From Candidatus Bathyarchaeota archaeon (lineage in GTDB: Archaea; Thermoproteota; Bathyarchaeia; Bathyarchaeales; DTEX01), in contig JAGTQF010000001.1 in the NCBI GenBank assembly GCA_018396655.1, forward strand, positions 63,844 to 127,843: 64,000 bases of DNA, read 5' to 3'. Shown piece by piece: positions 46,398-55,640 of this stretch. Position numbers and translations under genes: made by a program. The number at the start of each line of letters is the position of its first letter. The first letter of the stretch is position 1. The notes under the pieces are model-generated. The model was not told the origin of the DNA. It saw nothing but the letters and a program-made list of their open reading frames with translations, and did no database searches.

Positions 46398-49112
46398 TTA
46401 TTCTTTAATGTTCAGGATGCCCTCTTTAACCCTCTTAAAGTCTAATAGGGCTATGGATGCTGCCTCAAGGAATGTTTGGACTGGAACTATTTTTATGCCC
46501 CTCTCAGCTAGCATCTTCTCTGTGTCAAAGCTCTTCAGCCTCTCATAATTATATCTTGGTATGATTAGCGTGCGGGCATACTGGTCTGAAAGGGCAGCCT
46601 CAATCTTACCCATCCCCCTATAATCGAGTCCACCAACTGGCCAAACCTCCCCAAGCGCGGTTATAGCGCCCGTCATAACAACAGTCGGGTCAACCTCAAC
46701 ACCAGTTAAAGCTGAGAGCATTGCTACTGCTATTGCGAGACCAGCGGATGGTCCTGAGACGGGTGGTCTCGTTATGCCGGGTCCGACTATTTGTTTCTCC
46801 ATTCCTTTGGCTGGTGTAACTAATTCGATATATACATCGTAGTCTTTAAACCTCCAGTTTGAAATCGAGTTTATATATATGAACGCATCATATGCGCTTG
46901 CTAATATACTCTCACCAGTTTCGCTTCCAATCACATGAACCTTCCCAGAACCCCTTGGGTTAACAACAACCTCTATCACGCCGACAAATCCGCCCAATTC
47001 ACCACGTTCTCCCAAAGCCACAAGCCCATAGCTCTTTCCTATCTCCGGTTTCGGTATTCTAACAGTCTCAAACATCATTCTCTGCGCCTCTTCAAGTGCC
47101 TCGTCATAGGTTCTCTCTAGAGCCTTCTCGAAATGATAGAGTCTCAGCGGGTAATTCTCAGGCTCAATCCTCTCGAGCTTACTTATTAAATCTGGGTCGT
47201 TTGGGTCAACCTTTAACACCTCGAAGAGGCGCTCTAGGTCGCTTTTATAAAGCTCCTTTATTTCACTTGTTTTCTCAGGCTTATACTTCATTGTTTGAAG
47301 AAGCCTATAGCATGCTTCGAGTTCTTTTGTTCTTAATCGGTTTGCATCATCAATTGTATCAGCGATTTTTCTCGGACTTAGAATCTTCTTCTCAAAGATT
47401 CTTAATATATCGCTGGCTGTTAGACCCCTTTCTAAATGATGCCTGTACCTTCTAAGGTGTATTTCTATTATCTCGAGCTTCTCCTCCCTATTCTTTGGAT
47501 ACGTGAACTCAAAGTGTCTCGTGAAGCGCTCAAGCAACGCTGGGTCAAGAATCTCGATGCGGTTTGTGGCGCCAATAACCACAACATTCGTAAGCGGCGT
47601 GAAGCCATCTATCTCCGTGAGCAGCTGGGAGACAACCCTATCAATAACTGGGTCGTGGGTTCCTCTTCTAGGCGCTATGGCATCAATCTCATCGAAGAAT
47701 ATTATTGCTGGGGCATTCTTACGCGCGTCCTCAAATATATCGCGTATAGTCTTCTCGGGGTCCCCATAATGTCCCTGGAGGATTGAGGGACCATTGATAT
47801 TGTAGAACCAGACATTGTTCTCTCCGGCTATAGCCTTAGCCAATAGAGTCTTACCGGTGCCTGGAGGACCGTAAAATATGAAGCCCTTCGGCGGTTGATA
47901 GCCAGCCTTAACAGCTAGGTTAGCGTCTAGAGCCAGAGATATCTCTTTAATTATCTCATCTTTTATTCCATGGAGACCTCCGACGTCACTATATCTTTCC
48001 CTTGGCGCTATCCTAATAATCGCCTTTTTTGCAGCCTCAGTCTTCTCTGCAGATGTGTAGCTTTTAAGCTTACGGGCGGCAGCCCTGAAGTCGCTAAGGC
48101 TTACCTCCTTTCTGATGGTTTCAACATGCACGTCATCTTCGGCCTTAAAGAAGATTCTATCTATGAGCTTACGCTGTATTGGTCTATATTTTTCGCTCAT
48201 AACTATATCGAAGGCATTGCATATATCGGCGGGTGTTAATTTTGTTCCACCCACACTTCTCAACGTATCCTCTATCGCATCAACTATCTCCCTTGGATTA
48301 AGTTCCAAGCCGTATTTCTCACAATTCCTTTTTGCTATCTCAATAAGCATATCCCTTGTGATTCCCGTATCGAGGTCTATTGTTCCAACAACACCTCTAC
48401 GCCGAAGGGTTTCCGTAATAGTTTCATACTCATTTGTTGATATTAGCAGAATGCACCTGTAATTCTTCTTTTGTAGGTCATCAATCTTCTCTAGAAATAC
48501 TGTTTGAACCCTCTTCTCTTCCATTCCAACCTCAGTTGAGGATGCAAATCGACTTCCAAAAGCCTGAAACTCGTCAATCAATATTACACTGGGTCTTTGG
48601 AATGCTGCCTCAAAGAAGGCGCTGAGCTGCTGGGCGCTCCTACCATACCACATAGTGTAGACTTCCTCTGGCTTGAGAGATGCATAATAAACAATTAAGC
48701 CGTATTTTAAGCCAGCCTCAAATATTTCTCTTTGGCATGCTTCGGCAAAAAACGTTTTTCCACTTCCTGAACTGCCCTTCAGTATGAAGACTTTTGGTGG
48801 TGGAACTGGGCTGCTCTTGCGAATCTCAGGGTCTCGAAATATGTGATAGTAAGCGCTTAAGAGAACCTTATCGAATTCCTCATCTCTTCCAACAACATCA
48901 GCCCTCGTTACTCTTGGGAAGTCAAGTCTTTTTCTTATAGCCCTAGCCTTCTTTTCAACCTCAGCCTTCCTTTTCTCGGGGGGCTTTTGTAGAAACCTCC
49001 ATAGCCTATATTGCCATGAGGTCAGGTAGAGTAGTGGAGCAAATATTTTTCTTAACTTTGGCCTATTATACCACCATTGGCTTGTGAACTCTTCCTCCTT
49101 CTCCTCATACAT
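46398..49112 (-). CDS. tandem AAA+ ATPase fused to a C-terminal Lon-type Ser-Lys protease domain
   Basis: 904 aa. AAA-1 has GSSGSGKT, ILIDEF and MWYG. AAA-2 is the classical clade: GPPGTGKTLLAKAIAGE, IIFFDEIDA, GHYG and ATNRIEILDPALLERF. The Lon protease domain has VSGPSAGLAIAVAMLSALTG and GGLDYRGMGKIEAA. Confidence 0.8.
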   Translation of the reverse strand: MYEEKEEEFTSQWWYNRPKLRKIFAPLLYLTSWQYRLWRFLQKPPEKRKAEVEKKARAIRKRLDFPRVTRADVVGRDEEFDKVLLSAYYHIFRDPEIRKSSPVPPPKVFILKGSSGSGKTFFAEACQREIFEAGLKYGLIVYYASLKPEEVYTMWYGRSAQQLSAFFEAAFQRPSVILIDEFQAFGSRFASSTEVGMEEKRVQTVFLEKIDDLQKKNYRCILLISTNEYETITETLRRRGVVGTIDLDTGITRDMLIEIAKRNCEKYGLELNPREIVDAIEDTLRSVGGTKLTPADICNAFDIVMSEKYRPIQRKLIDRIFFKAEDDVHVETIRKEVSLSDFRAAARKLKSYTSAEKTEAAKKAIIRIAPRERYSDVGGLHGIKDEIIKEISLALDANLAVKAGYQPPKGFIFYGPPGTGKTLLAKAIAGENNVWFYNINGPSILQGHYGDPEKTIRDIFEDARKNAPAIIFFDEIDAIAPRRGTHDPVIDRVVSQLLTEIDGFTPLTNVVVIGATNRIEILDPALLERFTRHFEFTYPKNREEKLEIIEIHLRRYRHHLERGLTASDILRIFEKKILSPRKIADTIDDANRLRTKELEACYRLLQTMKYKPEKTSEIKELYKSDLERLFEVLKVDPNDPDLISKLERIEPENYPLRLYHFEKALERTYDEALEEAQRMMFETVRIPKPEIGKSYGLVALGERGELGGFVGVIEVVVNPRGSGKVHVIGSETGESILASAYDAFIYINSISNWRFKDYDVYIELVTPAKGMEKQIVGPGITRPPVSGPSAGLAIAVAMLSALTGVEVDPTVVMTGAITALGEVWPVGGLDYRGMGKIEAALSDQYARTLIIPRYNYERLKSFDTEKMLAERGIKIVPVQTFLEAASIALLDFKRVKEGILNIKE

Positions 49113-49119
49113 AAAATGG

Positions 49120-49941
49120 TCACCCCTCTAAAATCATGAGGCGAACTTGGTAAAGTATGAAGAAGCTCGCTAGAATCAGTAGAATTATCAGCGCCCAGCG
49201 AGTCTTTGGCACTCCCTCTATTCTATTCTTGAAATATGAGTCTACAATAAGAAATATGTCAAAATATGCGAGCCCTGCTACGGTGGCAGCGAACAAAAAT
49301 ATGCTTAAAGGTTTGAAAGAGCCCAAAAGTGCTAATGGATTTGAAGACTTATTATAAACTTGTAGGGTAACATTGATTTTGTGGTTTAAACTTCTATCTC
49401 CTTCTGGCGATATGCCGATTTTCGGAAAAAGAATTATGAATGAGGAAGTTAAGATGGTGAGGGAGCCGGCTGATGTGCCGCCGGCTGGTGTAATTGTGGG
49501 GGTTCCTACCGTCTCGTAAAATTTGGGTTCACTTGTATATACACCTATAGTAGCATTCCACGCTCCTGCAAAACTAAATGTAACCATGAAACTATAAGTT
49601 CCCTCAGACTTTGGTGTCACGTATATCGATGAAACCCTTTGCCCCTCATATAGGTCGTTGGTTGAGAATTTTATGAATATCGGCTTTGAAGGAATACACT
49701 CCACCGATAGATTTTCTACTGGCGGCCATATATAAATCGCCAGAGTATCGTTTGCTAGGATTCTTAGTTCTCCTGTTTGCCAAATTGTTTCCTCCGCTAA
49801 TGCAGGTCTCAAAAGCGTGGCGGTTAAAATGCATGCAACCGCCATTATGCGAAGAATGAGCTTTAAAGGTGGGCTTCTATTTATGCGAGTTTTAGAACAC
49901 TCTCTCTTATAGAGAACTTCGTTCATTGAACACCTTCTCAA
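49120..49941 (-). CDS. membrane protein, paralog 1 (N-terminal anchor, extracytoplasmic beta-rich domain, C-terminal TM hairpin)
   Basis: 273 aa. It shares IYIWPPVENLSV.C.P and (A/S)(A/T)WNATIGVY with the upstream paralog. Its stop lies 7 nt before the AAA-Lon start. Confidence 0.6.
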   Translation of the reverse strand: MRRCSMNEVLYKRECSKTRINRSPPLKLILRIMAVACILTATLLRPALAEETIWQTGELRILANDTLAIYIWPPVENLSVECIPSKPIFIKFSTNDLYEGQRVSSIYVTPKSEGTYSFMVTFSFAGAWNATIGVYTSEPKFYETVGTPTITPAGGTSAGSLTILTSSFIILFPKIGISPEGDRSLNHKINVTLQVYNKSSNPLALLGSFKPLSIFLFAATVAGLAYFDIFLIVDSYFKNRIEGVPKTRWALIILLILASFFILYQVRLMILEG

Positions 49942-49999
49942 TATTGCTATTTCCTAATACCTTATGATAAATATTTCTCCCAATATCCGCTTCTTTCTT

Positions 50000-50791
50000 T
50001 TACCCTGATAAAGCAACATATAATTGATATATGATTAGAAGGCTTATGAGAGCCAGCAGAGCTACTAACGCTAGGCGGATTCTCGTCGCCCGCTCAGCCC
50101 TTCTCTTAAAATATAAATCTGTAACGAAGAACGCATTTAAATAAATCAGTACAGTGCTAATTACCGCAAATAAAATCATATTTGTGGTGCTAGGAAAACT
50201 TATATTAAGTGTCTCGGAGAATGGTTGTTCATAAACCCTTAAATCAATGCTTATCTTATAGTGGCTATTTGTTGTTTGGCCGCTTGATAATGCAGTAATC
50301 TTCTGGAGTTCCACAAAATAGTAGCCTTGAGATACTGAGATGGTTCCAATTCTCTGGTAAAATTTGATGTTACTTGGATATACACCTATAGTGGCATTCC
50401 ATGTAGCACTGGAGCTAAATGAGACTAAAACATTATATACTCCACTCGTGCTTGGCGTAAAATATACAACTGATAGTTCACGCCCATATTGCCGCCATCT
50501 TGAGGAGAAGGCGGTCCAGAACCTATTTGACCCCTGTGGATTGCAATTTACCGATAGGTTTTCTACTGGCGGCCATATGTAAATCGTTAACGTATCATCT
50601 CTAAAAATATCGAATTTAAGATTGACTGATGTCTCATTCGCGAGTATGCACCTTGGCATAATGGCTGATGTGCTTAGAAGAGCAATCGTTAGGGCAAAGA
50701 TTACGTTCCCACAATATCTGAGACCATGCTTTCTTCCTATTCTCCTTAAAAGGAGATTTCTACCCTCTCTATAATTTGTGCTCTTTAGCAT
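50000..50791 (-). CDS. membrane protein, paralog 2 of the 49120..49941 product
   Basis: 263 aa with the same architecture and the same two conserved motifs. It lies 58 nt upstream of paralog 1. Confidence 0.6.
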   Translation of the reverse strand: MLKSTNYREGRNLLLRRIGRKHGLRYCGNVIFALTIALLSTSAIMPRCILANETSVNLKFDIFRDDTLTIYIWPPVENLSVNCNPQGSNRFWTAFSSRWRQYGRELSVVYFTPSTSGVYNVLVSFSSSATWNATIGVYPSNIKFYQRIGTISVSQGYYFVELQKITALSSGQTTNSHYKISIDLRVYEQPFSETLNISFPSTTNMILFAVISTVLIYLNAFFVTDLYFKRRAERATRIRLALVALLALISLLIIYQLYVALSG

Positions 50792-50907
50792 CTCTCTTTA
50801 GCTCTTTTCCCATTATATGTATGAATTTAGGCTTCTCTTTGCGATAAATATTTCTCTCAGATGAAGATTATTTATAGCATGTTAAGCGCCCTTTCTAACC
50901 GGAATGG

Positions 50908-52200
50908 ATGCTTATGCACAAGCGTAAGTATTGGGGCGAGATTAAGGACCCAATATATGGTTATGTTTCTATAACTGATGTGGAGAAGGAGATTATAGAT
51001 TCGTTTCCATTTCAGAGGCTGCGTAGGATAAGGCAGCTTGCTGGTGCCGAATATGTTTATCCAGGGGCTAATCATACTAGATTTGAGCATTCGATAGGTG
51101 TTATGCATCTTGCTGGGCTTATGGTTGATAACCCCCAAATATCGCAGATTATATCTGAAGATGAAGCCCAGATGATTCGTATAGCAGCCCTACTCCATGA
51201 TGTTGGTCATGGACCTTTCTCGCATGTATTTGAGCACATTCTCACGAAGTTTCTTGGAAAGACCCATGAGGACATGACTACTTGGATAATTACAAGCTCT
51301 GAACTTAGGGATATTATAAGTGGTTTAGGCTATGACCCGAATGTTATTGGGGCCCTAGCAGTTGGCAGATTAAATAGACCTAAAATGGCTTTTATGGACC
51401 AGATTATTAGGAGTGCCGTTGATGCCGATAAGCTGGATTTTGTCGTTAGGGATACGTATCATACTGGCGCGGAGTATGGTTTTGTGGATGTTTTCCGCCT
51501 AACGCGAACATTAGATGTGATTGATGGAAACCTATCTGTCGATGTGGGTGCGCTCTCAGCGCTAGAGTCATTTATACTTGCACGCATAGAGTCTTTCAAG
51601 AGTATATATTTTCATAGGGTTGGGAGGGCTGTTCAGATAATGCTCGCGATGGCTATGGAGAGTGCCAAAGATGAGTTAGGTCTTGTAGATTTTAGGTCTC
51701 CAGAAGAATATTTGTCGCTCAATGATTACACGCTATGGACTAAGCTGAAGGAATGCGAGAAGTCTAGGGGGATTATTGAGAGGTTAGAGAGGCGAAAGCT
51801 GTTAAAATGCGCCTATGACCCGCCACCATTCTATATTAAAGATAGAATTGTCTCAGCAATATTCAATGTTGAGGGAATAAGGAATAGGATAAGGGAGCAG
51901 ATAGCCGAGGAGGCTGGCGTAGAGCCCCAAGAGGTTATAATTGATGTGCCAACACTTCCCTCAGTTCCATACCACCATGCCTTCCCGCTCGAGCCAATGG
52001 AGATACCTGTCTTCCAGAAGACTAGGGATGGAAGAAAAATTTCAGGCAGACTGAGCGAGGTTTCCGGAATATTCGATCTTCTTAAAGGTTTCATGAATAT
52101 TCTAAGGGTCTATACTGAGGAGGAGCATTTGAAGAGGGTTCAGGAGGTTTCTGAAAGGCTTTTTGGTAATCTTCCATTTTCAATGAAAATATCATATTAG
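50908..52200 (+). CDS. HD-domain phosphohydrolase (COG1078, SAMHD1/dGTPase-like)
   Basis: 430 aa. Landmarks are FQRLRRIRQLAG, HTRFEHSIGVMHLA, LLHDVGHGPFSH and DADKLDFVVRD. Confidence 0.8.
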   Translation: MLMHKRKYWGEIKDPIYGYVSITDVEKEIIDSFPFQRLRRIRQLAGAEYVYPGANHTRFEHSIGVMHLAGLMVDNPQISQIISEDEAQMIRIAALLHDVGHGPFSHVFEHILTKFLGKTHEDMTTWIITSSELRDIISGLGYDPNVIGALAVGRLNRPKMAFMDQIIRSAVDADKLDFVVRDTYHTGAEYGFVDVFRLTRTLDVIDGNLSVDVGALSALESFILARIESFKSIYFHRVGRAVQIMLAMAMESAKDELGLVDFRSPEEYLSLNDYTLWTKLKECEKSRGIIERLERRKLLKCAYDPPPFYIKDRIVSAIFNVEGIRNRIREQIAEEAGVEPQEVIIDVPTLPSVPYHHAFPLEPMEIPVFQKTRDGRKISGRLSEVSGIFDLLKGFMNILRVYTEEEHLKRVQEVSERLFGNLPFSMKISY

Positions 52201-52245
52201 TGGTTACGCATGTAATGGGTGTGAAGACTAGGGGAGAGGTGGATA

Positions 52246-52653
52246 TTGGCTGAGATTATACTTAGGGGTCGGCCGATAGTTTCTGGTCGAGCTAGAGGGG
52301 TGGCTCTAGTATCAAGTAAGCCCCTAAGTTTTCTGGGTGGAGTTGACCCTAAGACGGGGATAATTGTTGAGAGGGGCCATGACCTTCATGGCAAAAGCGT
52401 TAGAGATGTAATTTTATGTTTTCCACATGGGCATGGCTCAACAGTCGGCAGCTTCGTGCTCTTCTCGCTTGCCAAGAATGGCTTAGCTCCAAAGGCTATA
52501 GTAAACTTGGTTGCCGACCCAGTTGTAGTTGTTGGCGCAGTTATCGCCAACATACCAATGATTGATGGGGTCGATATTACGAAGATTAGGTGCGGTGACA
52601 TCTTGGAGGTTGATGGCGAGACGGGCTTAGTGAAGGTTTGTAGGGAGGGTTAA
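52246..52653 (+). CDS. aconitase X swivel-domain small subunit (DUF126); putative phosphomevalonate dehydratase small subunit
   Basis: 135 aa. GRARGVALVSSKPLSFLGGVDPKTGII...GKSV...ILCFPHGHGSTVGS is the typical DUF126/AcnX pattern. Confidence 0.75.
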   Translation: MAEIILRGRPIVSGRARGVALVSSKPLSFLGGVDPKTGIIVERGHDLHGKSVRDVILCFPHGHGSTVGSFVLFSLAKNGLAPKAIVNLVADPVVVVGAVIANIPMIDGVDITKIRCGDILEVDGETGLVKVCREG

Positions 52654-52660
52654 TAGAGGC

Positions 52661-53836
52661 ATGTATTTGACTAAGGATGAGGAGCGAATATATGATGGTG
52701 AGATGGGCTGGGCCTACCAAGTCTCCATGAGGATACTTGTTAAGCTGGGTGAGCTTTATGGTGCTAGGCGCTTAATACCGGTGGAATCAGCGCATATCTC
52801 AGGGGTATCCTATAAGACTGTTGGTGACGCCGCCATCGACTTTCTTAAAGCCTTGGTTGAGTCTGGTGGAAAAGTTAGGGTTAAGGCGACAATAAACCCG
52901 TCCGGCGTCGATTATAATTATGCATTTTTCAGGGCACTTCCAGAGGATTTGTTAGAGAGACAGAGGGAGATAATTGATTTGTATGAGATGATGGGTGTGG
53001 ATGCAGTTTTAACATGCACACCATATTATGTTGAGCCCCCCTCATGTGGGGCGCATGTGGCGTGGGCGGAGTCATCGGCTGTTGTATATGCAAACTCGAT
53101 TATCGGTGCTTGGACGAACCGTGAGGGTGGACCTAGTGCGCTTGCATCAGCGCTTATAGGCAAAACACCAGATTATGGGCTCCATCAGCCGGAGAATCGT
53201 CAGCCGACGATACTAGTAAGGGTTGAGGCGAATCTTGGGAGTGAGGCGGATTATGGAGCGCTTGGCATACATCTGGGTAAAATCTTGGGTGATAGAATAC
53301 CGTTAATTCAAGGGTTACATGGCGCTAATGAGACATGCCTAAAGCAGATGGGGGCTGCGATGGCGACCAGCGGCATGACCCCAATGTTCCACATGAATGA
53401 ATACGGTGCGGAGCACAATAAAAGCCTTGAAAAAATAGCCGTTGAGGATAGGGATTTAGTTAGGGTATATGAGGAGCTCTCAACTTCTGATGAAAAGCCT
53501 GATCTGGTCTTTATAGGATGCCCACACTGCTCATTTGATGAAATCAAGCTTGTTTCAAAGCTTATTGAGGGTAGAAGGATTAGGGAAGACATTAGATTGT
53601 GGGTTTGCACCTCTCGCTTTATACGTGGAAAGGCTGAGGATTACGTGAGACTTATTGAGTCGGCTGGCGGTAGAGTGGTATGTGGAACATGCGCCGTAGT
53701 CACGTGGTTGAAGAATTTTGGGATTAAAACGGTGATGACAAATTCAGCTAAGACGGCTTACTATGTGCAATTACTGGATGGTGTTAAAGCCAGCTTATCT
53801 CCAATAAGTGAATGCATTAATGTAGCATGCGAATAA
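52661..53836 (+). CDS. aconitase X catalytic large subunit (DUF521); putative phosphomevalonate dehydratase large subunit
   Basis: 391 aa. MYLTKDEERIYDGEMGWAYQVSMRILVKLGELYGA...VESAHISG matches the DUF521 N-terminus. It starts 7 nt after the small subunit. Confidence 0.75.
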   Translation: MYLTKDEERIYDGEMGWAYQVSMRILVKLGELYGARRLIPVESAHISGVSYKTVGDAAIDFLKALVESGGKVRVKATINPSGVDYNYAFFRALPEDLLERQREIIDLYEMMGVDAVLTCTPYYVEPPSCGAHVAWAESSAVVYANSIIGAWTNREGGPSALASALIGKTPDYGLHQPENRQPTILVRVEANLGSEADYGALGIHLGKILGDRIPLIQGLHGANETCLKQMGAAMATSGMTPMFHMNEYGAEHNKSLEKIAVEDRDLVRVYEELSTSDEKPDLVFIGCPHCSFDEIKLVSKLIEGRRIREDIRLWVCTSRFIRGKAEDYVRLIESAGGRVVCGTCAVVTWLKNFGIKTVMTNSAKTAYYVQLLDGVKASLSPISECINVACE

Positions 53837-53908
53837 AGCATCATGATGCATTAGGCGCTAAGGGGTAGAGGGAGAGGCTACTCCAGTTGATACCTCCCTA
53901 TCATCTAA

Positions 53909-55234
53909 TTAGCCCCTCCCTAGGCTCAGTTTAATACTCTCAATTATCTTCGCAGCCCTATCAGATATAGGGACGTTTGCCCTCTCAAACCTCTCTTTGG
54001 GGAGCATTAGCGGGGCCGTTGCATCCAAGCCGACCTTAGTTGTCAAGCCAGTCTCTATGTCTGCTGAGGGGTCGAGGGTTGAACCTCTAACATTCCGAAT
54101 AACCACTAAATCTTCATCCGCCTGGAAGCGTGTCGCTATGGCCCACTCAACCTCGCTTGGATTAAAAACATCCACATCTTCATCTACGACAATAGCGTGC
54201 TTAAGGCTCGGATGGGCGGCAAAAGCTGCTAGAAGAGCATTCTTGGCATCGCCATCACTCTGCTTCCTAATCGATATTACGGCATGAAGCCACCCGCACC
54301 CACCCATAGTTAGATTAACAGCCCTAACCTCGGGCACAACCTTAGAAACAGCATCATATATGGCTGCTTCTCTAGGCAAGCCCATGAGCAGCATATGCTC
54401 AGGTCCACCTGGCAGAAGAGCCTGATAAATATAGTCTTCTCTTCTCATAACGTTAATGACCTCGACGATGGGTTGCATCCTTCGTGCATCATAAGCCCCA
54501 GTTATATCAACGAATGGTCCCTCAGGCGCCTCCTCAAAATGCGAGATTCTTCCCTCAAGTATCATTTCGGACTCCGCTGGAGCATATGCATTCACCTTCT
54601 CGCATTTTATGAGTTTCAGTCCGCCTTTAAGCAGCCTATTTGCAACACCATACTCGCTGACACCGAATGGCGGCGATGAGGCTGCCGCTAAGAGTACTGC
54701 TGGATGAACGCCCACGGCTATAGCAACATCAAGGTCTCGCCTGGCCTCCTTAGCCATGCTCCAAAGCCTAAACAAATGCCTTGGAACAAGCCTTATCGTC
54801 ATCCGCCTATCGTCAAGAACAAGAAGCCTATGAACCGAAACATTCTCGACGCTTCCATCAGGGCTCTTGGCAGAGACAATAGCAGAGGTTATATATGGGC
54901 CAGCATCGCGCTCAAAATGTCTTAAAACCGGAATTCTAGAGAGTTTAGGTTCTTCAATAACCTCCTTAACCGGCCCATCATTAACTATTCTTGGGTTCTC
55001 TGGCCTATTCATCGCATCAATCAAATCTCTATATAATCTCTCAGGGCTTGTCTTTAGAGCTAGGCAGAGTCTCCTCCTTGTGGCGCATACATTTCCAACA
55101 ACCCTAGAATCATACCCCTCAACATTCTCGAAGAACACTATTGGTTCACCTGGGATAGACCTCATTATCGCTGAAATCTCAAACACTGGTGAAACGCTGT
55201 CCTCTACATGGATTACCTCGCCTAAATCCTCCAT
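53909..55234 (-). CDS. UbiD-family (prFMN-dependent) decarboxylase; candidate anhydromevalonate-phosphate decarboxylase
   Basis: 441 aa. UbiD landmarks are DAGPYITSAIV, SVHRLLV and EGPFVDITGAYD. It is convergent with the AcnX genes. Confidence 0.75.
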   Translation of the reverse strand: MEDLGEVIHVEDSVSPVFEISAIMRSIPGEPIVFFENVEGYDSRVVGNVCATRRRLCLALKTSPERLYRDLIDAMNRPENPRIVNDGPVKEVIEEPKLSRIPVLRHFERDAGPYITSAIVSAKSPDGSVENVSVHRLLVLDDRRMTIRLVPRHLFRLWSMAKEARRDLDVAIAVGVHPAVLLAAASSPPFGVSEYGVANRLLKGGLKLIKCEKVNAYAPAESEMILEGRISHFEEAPEGPFVDITGAYDARRMQPIVEVINVMRREDYIYQALLPGGPEHMLLMGLPREAAIYDAVSKVVPEVRAVNLTMGGCGWLHAVISIRKQSDGDAKNALLAAFAAHPSLKHAIVVDEDVDVFNPSEVEWAIATRFQADEDLVVIRNVRGSTLDPSADIETGLTTKVGLDATAPLMLPKERFERANVPISDRAAKIIESIKLSLGRG

Positions 55235-55250
55235 TACCTTAAGAAATTCC

Positions 55251-55616
55251 CTAAGGCTCGTTGCCCATCCTCCCCCTCAAGATTTTCTCAAGAAGCCTTA
55301 CAAATGCCTGACTAGCCTTGGCTTCATTTACTGTTTTAACGAAGACTGATACGAGAACCATCTTATTTGTGGCCGCCGCAAATCTCTCCGCTATAAGCCT
55401 AGCGGTTATAGTGCTTCTTTCGCCCAAAAGCGTTGAGGATATGGGGAGCCTAGATATTTCTGGCCTTGTGGGTATAGAAACCGCTAGGGTTCCGAGGTTC
55501 TCGTCTCCCTCGCTTAAGAGTATTATATAGGAGTTCTTTAGCTCTATCACCGTAGCCGATAACGTAATGCCATCCTCAGTTATCTCTTCATGGAAAACTT
55601 TAGCCCTATACGCCAA
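55251..55616 (-). CDS. PAC4-like small protein (proteasome assembly chaperone 4 homolog)
   Basis: 121 aa. LGTLAVSIPTRPEISRLPISSTLLGERSTITARLIAERFAAATNKMVLVSVFV aligns by eye with human PAC4 LRNLAVAMCSRYDSIPVSTSLLGDTSDTTSTGLAQRLARKTNKQVFVSYNL. Confidence 0.5.
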   Translation of the reverse strand: MAYRAKVFHEEITEDGITLSATVIELKNSYIILLSEGDENLGTLAVSIPTRPEISRLPISSTLLGERSTITARLIAERFAAATNKMVLVSVFVKTVNEAKASQAFVRLLEKILRGRMGNEP

Positions 55617-55640
55617 AAATTAACAACCCCAAACCTTAAT

